Origin: Treponemataceae bacterium | Lineage (GTDB): Bacteria; Spirochaetota; Spirochaetia; Treponematales; Rectinemataceae | Direction of reading: 5' to 3' | Assembly (NCBI GenBank): GCA_963667725.2 | Contig: CAXXHO010000005.1 | Coordinates: forward strand, 544,001 to 608,000 | Length of the DNA stretch: 64,000 nt | Shown here: piece after piece, positions 1 through 8,295 of the stretch | How the letters are laid out: every line of letters begins with the position of its first letter | Numbering within the stretch: the stretch's first letter is position 1 | Made by a program: the position numbers and the translations under genes | The notes under the pieces: generated by a model | What the model saw: only the letters and a program-made list of their open reading frames with translations | What the model was told of the DNA's origin: nothing | The model's database searches: none

Positions 1-206
1 CAACATACATTTCATAAGGACCATTCCATTTTCCGAATTCTGATTTTGATCTCTTCTTTGGATATGCCTCTATAACCAGATACCCTTTCTCTTTTGAATC
101 TTCAATAATTCTACTTAAGAGTTGCTTTGCTATACCTTTTCTTCTGTACTCTTTTTGAACTATAAAGCAGACTATTGATAACACTTTCTCTGAAGCATTA
201 TAGATA
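1..206 (-). pseudogene. 3' part of GNAT acetyltransferase cassette gene split by the IS5 element (continues past window start)
   Basis: Minus-strand translation IYNASEKVLSIVCFIVQKEYRRKGIAKQLL...VIEAYP contains the GNAT acetyl-CoA motif RRKGIA and joins in frame to ORF 1847-2131 when the IS and one TAGATA copy are removed. Confidence 0.9.
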
Positions 207-1847
207 GGGATTCCTGAAGAACCCGCTTTTCAATCTTTCAAGCCGCTCTCAACAGCCCCATTGGTATAAATTTTAATCGTTCTGCTATTTCAATAATCGT
301 ATCAATGAGCAACACAAAAAGGGCTTTCGCCTTTCTCCTTGCCAACACCATGAGGTTCATCACCAAGAATACCATCATGATGGAAGTCTCGCTCGTTTCC
401 TTAAGCTTCGTTCCAATACTATCGAGCGTATAACGTCGTTTCGCTTCTCCAAACTTGCCCTCTACCGCGATCCTCATGCTCTCATCTTCTCGCTCGATTC
501 TTTTTTGTTCACGTATTCGTTCTTTATTCTTGCCGTTAACCTTGAACGGCCTTCCCAGCTTCGGCCCCGATAATCGTATCCCATACTCTTGGCAGTACTG
601 CAGATTCTCCCTCGTCCTATAGATCTTATCGGCGCATACCGCTTCTGGATATCTCCCATATCGCCGCTTATAGCTTTCTATTTGCCCTTTCAAATCTTTG
701 CATTCGTTGTAGGAATCCCATGAGAGCCTATAGACTTCCGCCATTCCATCAACAAGGCTCAACGAGAGCTTCGCTCCAAACTCATACATTCCTCGGGCCT
801 TTCCTCTCGCGATCGGACGCACCCAAGGCTTACTTATGCTTAAGATCCTTCCTTCTATCGACCAGGTGTCACTGCGGTACAATTCTCTCTGCTGGCGGAC
901 CAATTCTCCGATTACCCACAGATCCTGCCGCTGCTTTCTCGAGAGCGAAGTTATCCCTACTTTGTCCTTGTATTCATTGATCAACCGCAGGTTCCGCTCG
1001 ACATATTGGATCTGCGTTTTCAACGCTCTCCTTATCGTATTCACTCTCGGCTTTCGGTTCCGTATGAAGGTCAGAAACTCTTTTCTCGCCTTCTTCCTAT
1101 ACGTCCTTGGTTTTTCCCAACCCTCCGGCATTTCTTTCTGGAGCGTATCGATGATACTTTCAGTCTTCCTTCTCGCTTCATCCAGCAAGGTCACATCATG
1201 GGGGAATCTCATATCTTCGGGAGCGCAGGTAGCATCAACGATCAAGGTCCCTTTATTCTCTTGCCCTTTCTCTTCTCCATCCCCTGCGCCGTTGCCTTTA
1301 TCTTCATCATCATGGTGTTCATCGTCGGCTTTGCTCTTCTCGATGATCAATGAATTCACTTCTTTCAGGACGTCAGCAGATAATCGTTTCCTGAAATGCA
1401 CCATCATGCTCGGATCGAAAGGTATCTCATATTTGTATCCTTCGTATCCTAAGAAGAACTGTAGATAAGGACTCTCTCGAATATCCTCCACCAGTTCTTC
1501 ATCTGAAAGATTCTTCTTCTCTTTTATTATGAGAGCGCCTAACGCGACTCTCACCGGTATCGCCGGCCTTCCATTATTAGCGACGAACAGCTTTGAATAT
1601 TTCTCTTCGACATCTTTCCAAGGGATCAGGCTTGCCAAGATTACCCAACGATTATCCGCTTTCAAGCTGCCGCCGAACACCATGTCGAACTGATCAAACT
1701 CAGGCGTATACTTTGGTATTCTGTACATCTTCGCCTTCCAAGTGCACGACTTTTTCACGCTTTTCTTCAATTTCCGTGCACTTTTCCGGTCCATTATATC
1801 ATATATTCCTTTAACTGATTTGACTTTATTTCTTTTTCAGGAGCCCC
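207..1847 (-). mobile_element. IS5-family insertion sequence, 1641 bp
   Basis: Imperfect 15-bp terminal IRs (GGGATTCCTGAAGAA at 207-221; GGGGCTCCTGAAAAA on minus from 1847, 12/15 match), flanked by direct repeat TAGATA at 201-206 and 1848-1853; one transposase ORF; GC higher than the flanking cassettes. Confidence 0.92.
238..1794 (-). CDS. IS5-family DDE transposase
   Basis: 518-aa ORF with NRWV..A..IPW, GRP, LSDEELV, SPYLQFFLG, VDAT, YEFGAK, ADKIY and R..VEGKFG..KR motifs typical of IS5 transposases; the true start may be ATG at 1728. Confidence 0.92.
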   Translation of the reverse strand: MDRKSARKLKKSVKKSCTWKAKMYRIPKYTPEFDQFDMVFGGSLKADNRWVILASLIPWKDVEEKYSKLFVANNGRPAIPVRVALGALIIKEKKNLSDEELVEDIRESPYLQFFLGYEGYKYEIPFDPSMMVHFRKRLSADVLKEVNSLIIEKSKADDEHHDDEDKGNGAGDGEEKGQENKGTLIVDATCAPEDMRFPHDVTLLDEARRKTESIIDTLQKEMPEGWEKPRTYRKKARKEFLTFIRNRKPRVNTIRRALKTQIQYVERNLRLINEYKDKVGITSLSRKQRQDLWVIGELVRQQRELYRSDTWSIEGRILSISKPWVRPIARGKARGMYEFGAKLSLSLVDGMAEVYRLSWDSYNECKDLKGQIESYKRRYGRYPEAVCADKIYRTRENLQYCQEYGIRLSGPKLGRPFKVNGKNKERIREQKRIEREDESMRIAVEGKFGEAKRRYTLDSIGTKLKETSETSIMMVFLVMNLMVLARRKAKALFVLLIDTIIEIAERLKFIPMGLLRAA

Positions 1848-2131
1848 TAGATATCATCTAATCTAGGATAGTTCTTCTTTTCATTGGCATTTACCCAACC
1901 TACTACTTTCTCATCTTCATATGCCAAGTATCCTTTCATTCTGCCTGTTTCTATAAGCCATTTTGCATATTCTTTTCTTCTATCTGATTGGTTTACATAT
2001 TCTCTTGGTTTTGGGTAATAAAAAGCAGTACAGTAGCAGCCATTCCAATCTTCATGATCTAAAAATGCCCGATTATCAAAGAAATCAAACCAATCAGACA
2101 TTGTAACTGGGCTTAACTCTTTAATTATCAT
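1848..2131 (-). pseudogene. 5' part of IS-disrupted GNAT cassette gene
   Basis: 94-aa ORF (CYC motif, GYLAYEDEKVVGW) with AGGAG RBS; its TAG stop is created by the target duplication plus the first IS base. Confidence 0.88.
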
Positions 2132-2164
2132 TGTAAGCTCCTAGGGCGCGCGTTAAGCGCGTCC

Positions 2165-2288
2165 GTCCAACATTGGCTTAACCTTTAAATCCGTGCCTGA
2201 GCTATTGCGAAGGCTTGGCGTGGTTTGTGCATGGGCTTTCTGCACAAACCATGACAAAGGATTTATAAGGTTGAAGCAGGTGTTGGGC
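2165..2288 (-). mobile_element. attC site (124 bp)
   Basis: GTCCAAC...GTTGGGC core boxes with an imperfect palindrome between them; homologous to the other five sites. Confidence 0.93.
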
Positions 2289-2296
2289 GCATATTT

Positions 2297-2983
2297 CTAC
2301 CATATATAAGGTATTAATCTATATTTTACTCTCTTCGTATATTCTAAATATCCTTCCAAACCTTCTACTAATACTTTTTCTTCATTTTTGATTCTTAGTA
2401 TCAAAGTAAACGGAAACAGGATCCCAGGTATTAAAGCTATGAATGATCCAAGGAGTAATGGTGAAAATATATATATGGGAATGATGGCTAAGTACATGGG
2501 ATGTCTAACAAATGCATATAGTCCAGTATCGATAAGCTTTTGTTTTTCTTGTACTTCTACTACTCTTGATGCATAACTATTCTGTAACATGACACAAATG
2601 TTCATACTATACCCAAGACTAACCATTATCCATGATACTGCTACAAGCCAATTAGGTACTTTTGACCATTTGAATCGATAATCAAGCCCAGGTAATATAT
2701 ATATTAATAGTATGAGAATTCCTGATACTATAACAAATACAATCTGCTTCTTTTGCTTTTCAGATGTTTTCATTCTTTTTTCTAGTAAAGACTTATCTTT
2801 CTTGTAGAGTACTATGAATCCTATGCCCATCAATAAAAGCATGGTACCGATGTAAAGCCACCCATTTAAATATGAGAAGGAACCGGCTGTCAAGAAAAAT
2901 AATAAACCAAGCATTATGCCAACAGTTATATATCTTAAAAGAACTGCAATAATGAGTTTTCTATTTTCTTGGGTATTTGCCAT
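2297..2983 (-). CDS. Isoprenylcysteine carboxylmethyltransferase-family membrane protein (gene cassette)
   Basis: 228 aa, hydrophobic, LIDTGLYAFVRHPMY and RIKNEE...GY.EY..RVKYRLIP motifs; AGGAGG RBS; bounded by attC sites. Confidence 0.88.
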   Translation of the reverse strand: MANTQENRKLIIAVLLRYITVGIMLGLLFFLTAGSFSYLNGWLYIGTMLLLMGIGFIVLYKKDKSLLEKRMKTSEKQKKQIVFVIVSGILILLIYILPGLDYRFKWSKVPNWLVAVSWIMVSLGYSMNICVMLQNSYASRVVEVQEKQKLIDTGLYAFVRHPMYLAIIPIYIFSPLLLGSFIALIPGILFPFTLILRIKNEEKVLVEGLEGYLEYTKRVKYRLIPYIW

Positions 2984-3040
2984 AAAGGAACCTCCTAAGA
3001 TTTTTGTTATTTAGGTATTCTTGCGCGCGTCAGCGCGTCC

Positions 3041-3154
3041 GCCCAACATTGGCTTAACCCTTAACGCGTACTTTGGCGTGGTTTATGCTTCGCGAACGCA
3101 GTGAGCTGCACAAACCATGACAATAGCGTTATAGGGTTGAAGCAGGTGTTGGAA
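3041..3154 (-). mobile_element. attC site (114 bp)
   Basis: GCCCAAC...GTTGGAA; arms GCTTAACCCTTAACGC and GCGTTATAGGGTTGAAGC pair with an extra G and T on the plus strand. Confidence 0.95.
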
Positions 3155-3159
3155 GTCTT

Positions 3160-3717
3160 TTACTCTACTACCAACTTCATCAACATAACATTATGTTCAT
3201 CAAAGCCATCAAATCTAAATCCTATACTCTCCCAAAACCGTTTATTCCTTTCATTTGAAACATTGAGCTCAAAGTACTTTGCTCCCTGTTCCATTACAGA
3301 CTTTTTAAGAATCATAAAATACTCTTTCCCTAAACCTCTATTTCTATACTCTGGTAGTATACAATATTCTGATATAAAGCATTTTCCATCTTCTGAAAGA
3401 TACGTACCATAATACGCAAACCCAACTACTTCTTCTTTCAGCATAAGAAATGCAAAAAAGAATGTATCGATATCTCTTTTTGAAAGTGCATGGAGTACAT
3501 TTCTATACTCAGAAGAAAAGAACCATTCTTTATCTTCTTGTGATAACACTCTACCAATAGATGAGTTAGGTAAAATATCTTTTACCATGTATTCATCCAT
3601 CATAATCCAAAATTCCTTTAGCTCTTCTTCAGTGTCCAATATTTTGATTGTCATGCTTTTGTAACCAATAGTCACATACTCTCCTATATGAATACAGGAC
3701 AATAAATAACTTAACAA
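3160..3717 (-). CDS. GNAT-family N-acetyltransferase (gene cassette)
   Basis: YCILPEYRNRGLGK motif A and RFWESIGF motif; start more likely GTG 3675 or ATG 3654. Confidence 0.88.
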   Translation of the reverse strand: MLSYLLSCIHIGEYVTIGYKSMTIKILDTEEELKEFWIMMDEYMVKDILPNSSIGRVLSQEDKEWFFSSEYRNVLHALSKRDIDTFFFAFLMLKEEVVGFAYYGTYLSEDGKCFISEYCILPEYRNRGLGKEYFMILKKSVMEQGAKYFELNVSNERNKRFWESIGFRFDGFDEHNVMLMKLVVE

Positions 3718-3778
3718 ATTAATTCTACCGCTAATTTTGTATAGAAAGACTTTATCTTCCCCTGCGCCGGAGGCGTCC

Positions 3779-3891
3779 TTCCAACATTAGCTTAACCCTT
3801 AACGCGTACATTGGCGCGGTTTGTGCTTGCGAGCGAAGCGAGTTGCACAAACCGTGACAATAGCGTTATAGGGTTGAAGCAGGTGTTAGCT
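3779..3891 (-). mobile_element. attC site (113 bp)
   Basis: TTCCAAC...GTTAGCT; nearly identical to the site at 4532. Confidence 0.95.
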
Positions 3892-3927
3892 GCCAGTACT
3901 CTACTTATTAACTTTTACAGTAACGAT

Positions 3928-4485
3928 TTATAAAGTTCTACTCTTAACCCAATCTTCTCTCAAGATTGCATACAAGCATGAATCTTTCCATTCACCGTTC
4001 TTATACTCAGTCTGCCTAAAGTAACCTTCTCTTCTAAACCCTAACTTCTTCAGCAATCCTATTGATGCTTTATTATTGTAATCAACTCCTGCTTGTATTC
4101 TGTTTCGCTTCATTACATCAAACATAAAACCTAGTAATGCATTTACTGCTTCAAATCCATACCCAAGTCTTTGATACTCTGGCCGTATCGCATACCCTAT
4201 AGCACTTCTTTCATTGTTATAATCCCAATAGCTTATAGCTATATCTCCTATAACCTTATCTCCTAAAAGTATAACAAAGACTGAATATCCATTATCTTTA
4301 TTGAACTCGGTAATATTGCTTTTTAAATACTCTTTTAAATCTTCAACAGAATCTTGTTTCTTCGTATACCATACGTAGACTCTTGGATCTGAACGGTACT
4401 CGAATAGTTGTTCTAGATAGTGATCAGAGTATTCACGAATCAGCAATCTATCTGTTTTAATATCTTCAAACTGCATGATTTTCAC
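3928..4485 (-). CDS. RimJ/RimL-type GNAT acetyltransferase (gene cassette)
   Basis: IKTDRLLIRE N-terminus, IGYAIRPEYQRLGYG and N.AS..LL.KLGFRREG motifs. Confidence 0.9.
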   Translation of the reverse strand: MKIMQFEDIKTDRLLIREYSDHYLEQLFEYRSDPRVYVWYTKKQDSVEDLKEYLKSNITEFNKDNGYSVFVILLGDKVIGDIAISYWDYNNERSAIGYAIRPEYQRLGYGFEAVNALLGFMFDVMKRNRIQAGVDYNNKASIGLLKKLGFRREGYFRQTEYKNGEWKDSCLYAILREDWVKSRTL

Positions 4486-4531
4486 TCTATTTAAGTTACA
4501 GATTCAAAATATCCAAGCGCCGAAGGCGTCC

Positions 4532-4644
4532 AGCTAACATTGGCTTAACCCTTAACGCGTACATTGGCGCGGTTTGTGCTTGCGAGCGAAGCGAGCTGCA
4601 CAAACCGTGACAATAGCGTTATAGGGTTGAAGCAGGTGTTAGAT
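4532..4644 (-). mobile_element. attC site (113 bp)
   Basis: AGCTAAC...GTTAGAT with conserved arms. Confidence 0.95.
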
Positions 4645-4651
4645 TTCTTCT

Positions 4652-5149
4652 TTAATTAACTACCTTATCTATATATAATCCGCAATCTGGTACAAACTTA
4701 TTTTCCTTTAAAAGTTCTAGTACTTCTTCTCGTGTTGCAATTATTGCTTCTTCAACTTCAGTTTCTTGACATTTTATTGCCATTTTATCTATTTCTTGAT
4801 TAAAGACCCATACATCAACAAAATGCGGACTAAAGCCATTATCACCTTTATATTGGTATACGATCTTTCCTCTTTCTTTATCCAAATCAAGTCCTAATTC
4901 TTCTTTTACTTCTTTCAAAGCAGTTTTTAAGCTATCATCTCCAGATACAGCCGAACCACCCGTACATTCCCATAACCCAGGGTAAGGATATTTATCTTTC
5001 TTTCTTTTTGAAATTATAAATTCATTCTTTGAATTCTTTATCCATACATGTACGATAAGATGATATTCATTCTCTTTGAATGCATCGCCACGAAGGATAA
5101 CTTTACCAGTTTTATTTCTATTTGAATCTAATACATCCCAGTATTCCAT
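4652..5149 (-). CDS. Nudix hydrolase (gene cassette)
   Basis: Nudix box GGSAVSGDDSLKTALKEVKEELG preceded by YPGLW. Confidence 0.9.
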   Translation of the reverse strand: MEYWDVLDSNRNKTGKVILRGDAFKENEYHLIVHVWIKNSKNEFIISKRKKDKYPYPGLWECTGGSAVSGDDSLKTALKEVKEELGLDLDKERGKIVYQYKGDNGFSPHFVDVWVFNQEIDKMAIKCQETEVEEAIIATREEVLELLKENKFVPDCGLYIDKVVN

Positions 5150-5274
5150 AATTGTCCCTTACATTGAACTAAAGACTCTAAAAACTTTTAGTCTTGTTAT
5201 CATCATCTGAATAGCCAATTTTGCATTGGCAATAAAAAGTTAAGCATATATCTTTATCCGCCCGCGCAGCGTGA

Positions 5275-5399
5275 ATCTAACATTGGCTTAACCCTTAACG
5301 CCTGCTCCTGAGCGAAGCGAAGGATTGGCGTGGTTTTTGCATTGTTGTTCTGCAAAAACCATGACAAAAGGCGTTATAGGGTTGAAGCATTTGTTATAT
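5275..5399 (-). mobile_element. attC site (125 bp)
   Basis: ATCTAAC...GTTATAT with conserved arms. Confidence 0.93.
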
Positions 5400-5876
5400 G
5401 CTTTTCTTTTATCAATAATCTTCTATGCTTTCGTTTTCTTAATTACTATTCAATTTTTTATTATAGTTTTCTATAATCTTATTTCTATTTATTCTCTTAT
5501 TATCATATATTATTCATTTTTACTATAATTTTCTTGAAGTAAACTTAAAATATTGAAGCGCTATACTTTTAGATCATGAAGAATACGAAAGCATCCTTCA
5601 ATCGAAAGCCAGCTTTCATATTCGGCTGCTTTCGTATTCTTCAATATTCTTGTAAGTATTCTTATAATATTTTTGATTTTTTTAGTCTTCTATTATTTCT
5701 TTTAAATATTTATCGCAATAATAGAAAATATGACACACTATCACAATGGAATCATAAAAAGGATTTCGAGGACCAAGGCACAAGATAAAATATAGTATTA
5801 TCAAAGAGATCACTAAAAATCTTTTACCGATGCACTCAATCTTTGGTCTTTCTTGCGCGCCGCGTCAGCGGCGTCC
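5400..5876 (-). other. ORF-less integron cassette containing a long hairpin
   Basis: Bounded by complementary cores GTTATAT/ATATAAC; no minus-strand ORF of 60 aa or more in the track; perfect 17-bp inverted repeat at 5577-5593 and 5627-5643. Confidence 0.8.
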
Positions 5877-6001
5877 ATATAACATTGGCTTGACCCTTAA
5901 CGCCCGCTCCTGAGCATAGCGAAGGATTGGCGTGGTTTGTGCATTGTTGTTCTGCACAAACCATGACAAAGGGCGTTATAGGGTCGAAGCAGGTGTTAGA
6001 C
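5877..6001 (-). mobile_element. attC site (125 bp)
   Basis: ATATAAC...GTTAGAC with conserved arms. Confidence 0.95.
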
Positions 6002-6659
6002 GAATTCCCCTTTTAATAAACTCTTCTATAGTTTTACTGATTGTTTTTAGTATCTCTATATCTTGATCTACTTTTCCTATCTCTAATATGTGATTCGCAC
6101 CCTCTATCTCAAGTACCTTAATATTTTGTCTCTTATAAAGTTCTTCTAATCCCTCTATCTTATAATTACTATCTGCCATACTTCCAATTACTAGCATAGC
6201 ATTATCAATTGTTATGATCTTTTTAAGAATTCTATCCCATTCCGTACCTGGCGTTATTAGGATAAAAGAACTCTTTTTCATTATCTCTTCATCAGTAAAC
6301 AATCTACTGATGATACTCGTACCCATAGATTTGCCAATAAAGATAATATTCCTATAAGCTTTACTTATTTTATCAATATAGTCTTTTACCAAGACATTAT
6401 CTTCTTCAAAATAAGTATCTTGATCTGACTCAAGCATCTTTAGAAAAGAAGTATTTTTTGAATAATCAAAATCGATCCCAACATAATCACACTTGAGCTC
6501 TTTTGCTATACTTTTTGAATAATATAGTATTGGATGATTGATAGTATAGCTAAAGCCTCCAATAATAATTATGAGTGTATCAATACTCTTGTTAAGTTGA
6601 GATTCAATGATAATACTCGTTCCATCTTTTCTTTCAATGCCCATATTATTTACCCACAA
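5976..6659 (-). CDS. Alpha/beta-fold hydrolase (first cassette after attI)
   Basis: GKSMG nucleophile elbow, GSMAD and EGANH motifs; stop codon lies inside its attC; start may be ATG 6644. Confidence 0.82.
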   Translation of the reverse strand: MWVNNMGIERKDGTSIIIESQLNKSIDTLIIIIGGFSYTINHPILYYSKSIAKELKCDYVGIDFDYSKNTSFLKMLESDQDTYFEEDNVLVKDYIDKISKAYRNIIFIGKSMGTSIISRLFTDEEIMKKSSFILITPGTEWDRILKKIITIDNAMLVIGSMADSNYKIEGLEELYKRQNIKVLEIEGANHILEIGKVDQDIEILKTISKTIEEFIKRGIRLTPASTL

Positions 6660-6711
6660 TGAATATTTCTTTATGAACTAATTAATGTAAAATTTGCTCC
6701 CCGTAGGGTGC

Positions 6712-6740
6712 GTCTAACATTTATTGGACAGATCGAAGAA
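6712..6740 (-). mobile_element. attI site (extent approximate)
   Basis: Core GTTAGAC on minus (6718-6712) complements the first cassette's attC core; upstream TCCAATAAAT lacks the attC hairpin; lies between intI and the array. Confidence 0.8.
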
Positions 6741-6876
6741 AAGAGAAGATTTCAATTTTTGCTGAACCATGTAAGATGCTGGATAAAATGGGAAAATAGG
6801 GGCAAATAATTTTAGGGAAATAAGATAGGTACATGGTTGAGAGAAAAAGTCAGGAATTTAGACAGTTTAATATAGT

Positions 6877-8109
6877 TTAAAGACCGTCTGCGGGGCTGCG
6901 GACGCCTCCTGGGCCTCGGTTGAGAACGTGCGTGTAGATCATCGTCGTTTTGACGTCGCTGTGGCCGAGAAGTTCCTGTACGGTGCGTATGTCATAGCCG
7001 CTTTCTAAAAGATGTGTGGCGAAGGAATGGCGGAAGGTGTGGCAGCTAGCGCGTTTGGCGATGCCGGCTTTCACTATGGCTTCGTGAACGGCGCTTTGCA
7101 GAATGCTCGGGTCCATGTGATAGCGCCCTTGCTGGCTGGTTGCGGAATTTTTCCAGCGGCGTTCTTGCGGGAAGACCCATTGCCATGCCCAATCGGTTGA
7201 TGCGTTTGGGTATTTTTTTTCGAGGGCGTTGGGGATGGGGACTCGACCCCATCCTTCTGCCAGGTCTTTGTCATGTATTATTTTGACTTGTAATAGATGG
7301 TCGCTCAAGGCTTTTTTCAATGTTTCGGGGAGCATAGTGACGCGATCTTTTGCGCCTTTCCCGTTGCGGATCAGGATTTCATTGCGGGAAAAATCGATGT
7401 CCTGTACACGGAGTTCAAGGCATTCCATGATCCTGATGCCTGTACCGTACATGAGAGATGCCGCGAGCCATTTGTCGCCTTTGAGGCCGAGTAGGACTTC
7501 CCTTACTTCCTGTCTGCTCATCACGACGGGGAGGCGTTTGGGTTTCTTGGCCCTGATCACTTCGCCGACATCTCCGACGGGTATGTTCATTACATTTCGG
7601 AAGAAGAAGAGCAGGGCGGCAAGCGCTTGGTTTTGCGTGGAGGCGCTCACGTTCTCGGTGACAGCCAGGCGGCTGAGGAAGGTGTTGATTTCGGCGCCGC
7701 CGAGGTTTTTGGGAGATTTCCCCTTGTTGGATTCCAGAAAGCGTCGAAGCCATTTTTCGTAGGATTCCTTCGTCCGGTCGCTGTAGTGGCGAGCGGAGAG
7801 GGCCGCAAGATATCGCTGGAGGTAGGGTGCTTGTGTATCGGGCGCTGCTTGGCGGCAAGGTTCGACAAATAGTTCCTTGAGGCCAATTTTTTTTTGTGGG
7901 TCTACTTCGATGGCGCTGAAGAGGCCGGTATCGTAAAGGGCTTTTAGAAGTTGGCGTACATTGCCTTTGTTGTCGGGAAGGCGGAATACTTTTCGAATTT
8001 TGTCCCAACGGCTGTCAGCGATTTTCCGCACGACATCGAAAAGTTTCGGGTCATAGGGCAGGCTGATGGAAAGGTAACCGTTTTCCGATCCAGTGATTGA
8101 AACGATCAT
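6877..8109 (-). CDS. intI: Integron integrase with N-terminal extension, co-oriented with cassettes
   Basis: Tyrosine recombinase motifs YGTGIR, GKGAKDR, HTFRHSFATHLLE, LLGH, TTMIYTHV, plus integron-type VSASTQNQALAAL and the insertion ALEKKYPNA..W.WQWVFP; GGGAGG RBS before ATG 8109 (410 aa). Confidence 0.96.
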   Translation of the reverse strand: MIVSITGSENGYLSISLPYDPKLFDVVRKIADSRWDKIRKVFRLPDNKGNVRQLLKALYDTGLFSAIEVDPQKKIGLKELFVEPCRQAAPDTQAPYLQRYLAALSARHYSDRTKESYEKWLRRFLESNKGKSPKNLGGAEINTFLSRLAVTENVSASTQNQALAALLFFFRNVMNIPVGDVGEVIRAKKPKRLPVVMSRQEVREVLLGLKGDKWLAASLMYGTGIRIMECLELRVQDIDFSRNEILIRNGKGAKDRVTMLPETLKKALSDHLLQVKIIHDKDLAEGWGRVPIPNALEKKYPNASTDWAWQWVFPQERRWKNSATSQQGRYHMDPSILQSAVHEAIVKAGIAKRASCHTFRHSFATHLLESGYDIRTVQELLGHSDVKTTMIYTHVLNRGPGGVRSPADGL

Positions 8110-8295
8110 GACGATACCTCCCTTGTTCCGAGGAAGTGAAGGGCTGTGATATAGGCTTCGCAGCACCGAGGCGCGCAACGCAAACGGGTTTCGGGAGGAG
8201 GTGCGGGGGATACGCGGCGCTTTCTTCGCCGAAACAGAATAAAAGGCCGGACCGTATCTTTTGTAATCGTTCGAAAAATAAAGTTGCTCATACAC

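Noticed and set aside
5325..5528. 67-aa hydrophobic plus-strand ORF as a type I toxin
   Set aside because: Starts inside an attC site, antisense to the array, no RBS; hydrophobicity follows from T-rich sequence.
2165..6001. Regularly recurring ~115-125 bp repeats as a CRISPR array or REP/MITE family
   Set aside because: Repeats are too long, are separated by whole genes, and have attC cores with extrahelical bases next to an intI.
6765..6838. 9-bp inverted repeat AACCATGTA/TACATGGTT between intI and attI
   Set aside because: Short, 56-nt spacer, no U tract; cannot be separated from chance.
8110..8295. Extra 62 N-terminal residues of the 472-aa IntI ORF
   Set aside because: GTG abuts a -10 box and has no RBS; a strong GGGAGG precedes ATG 8109.
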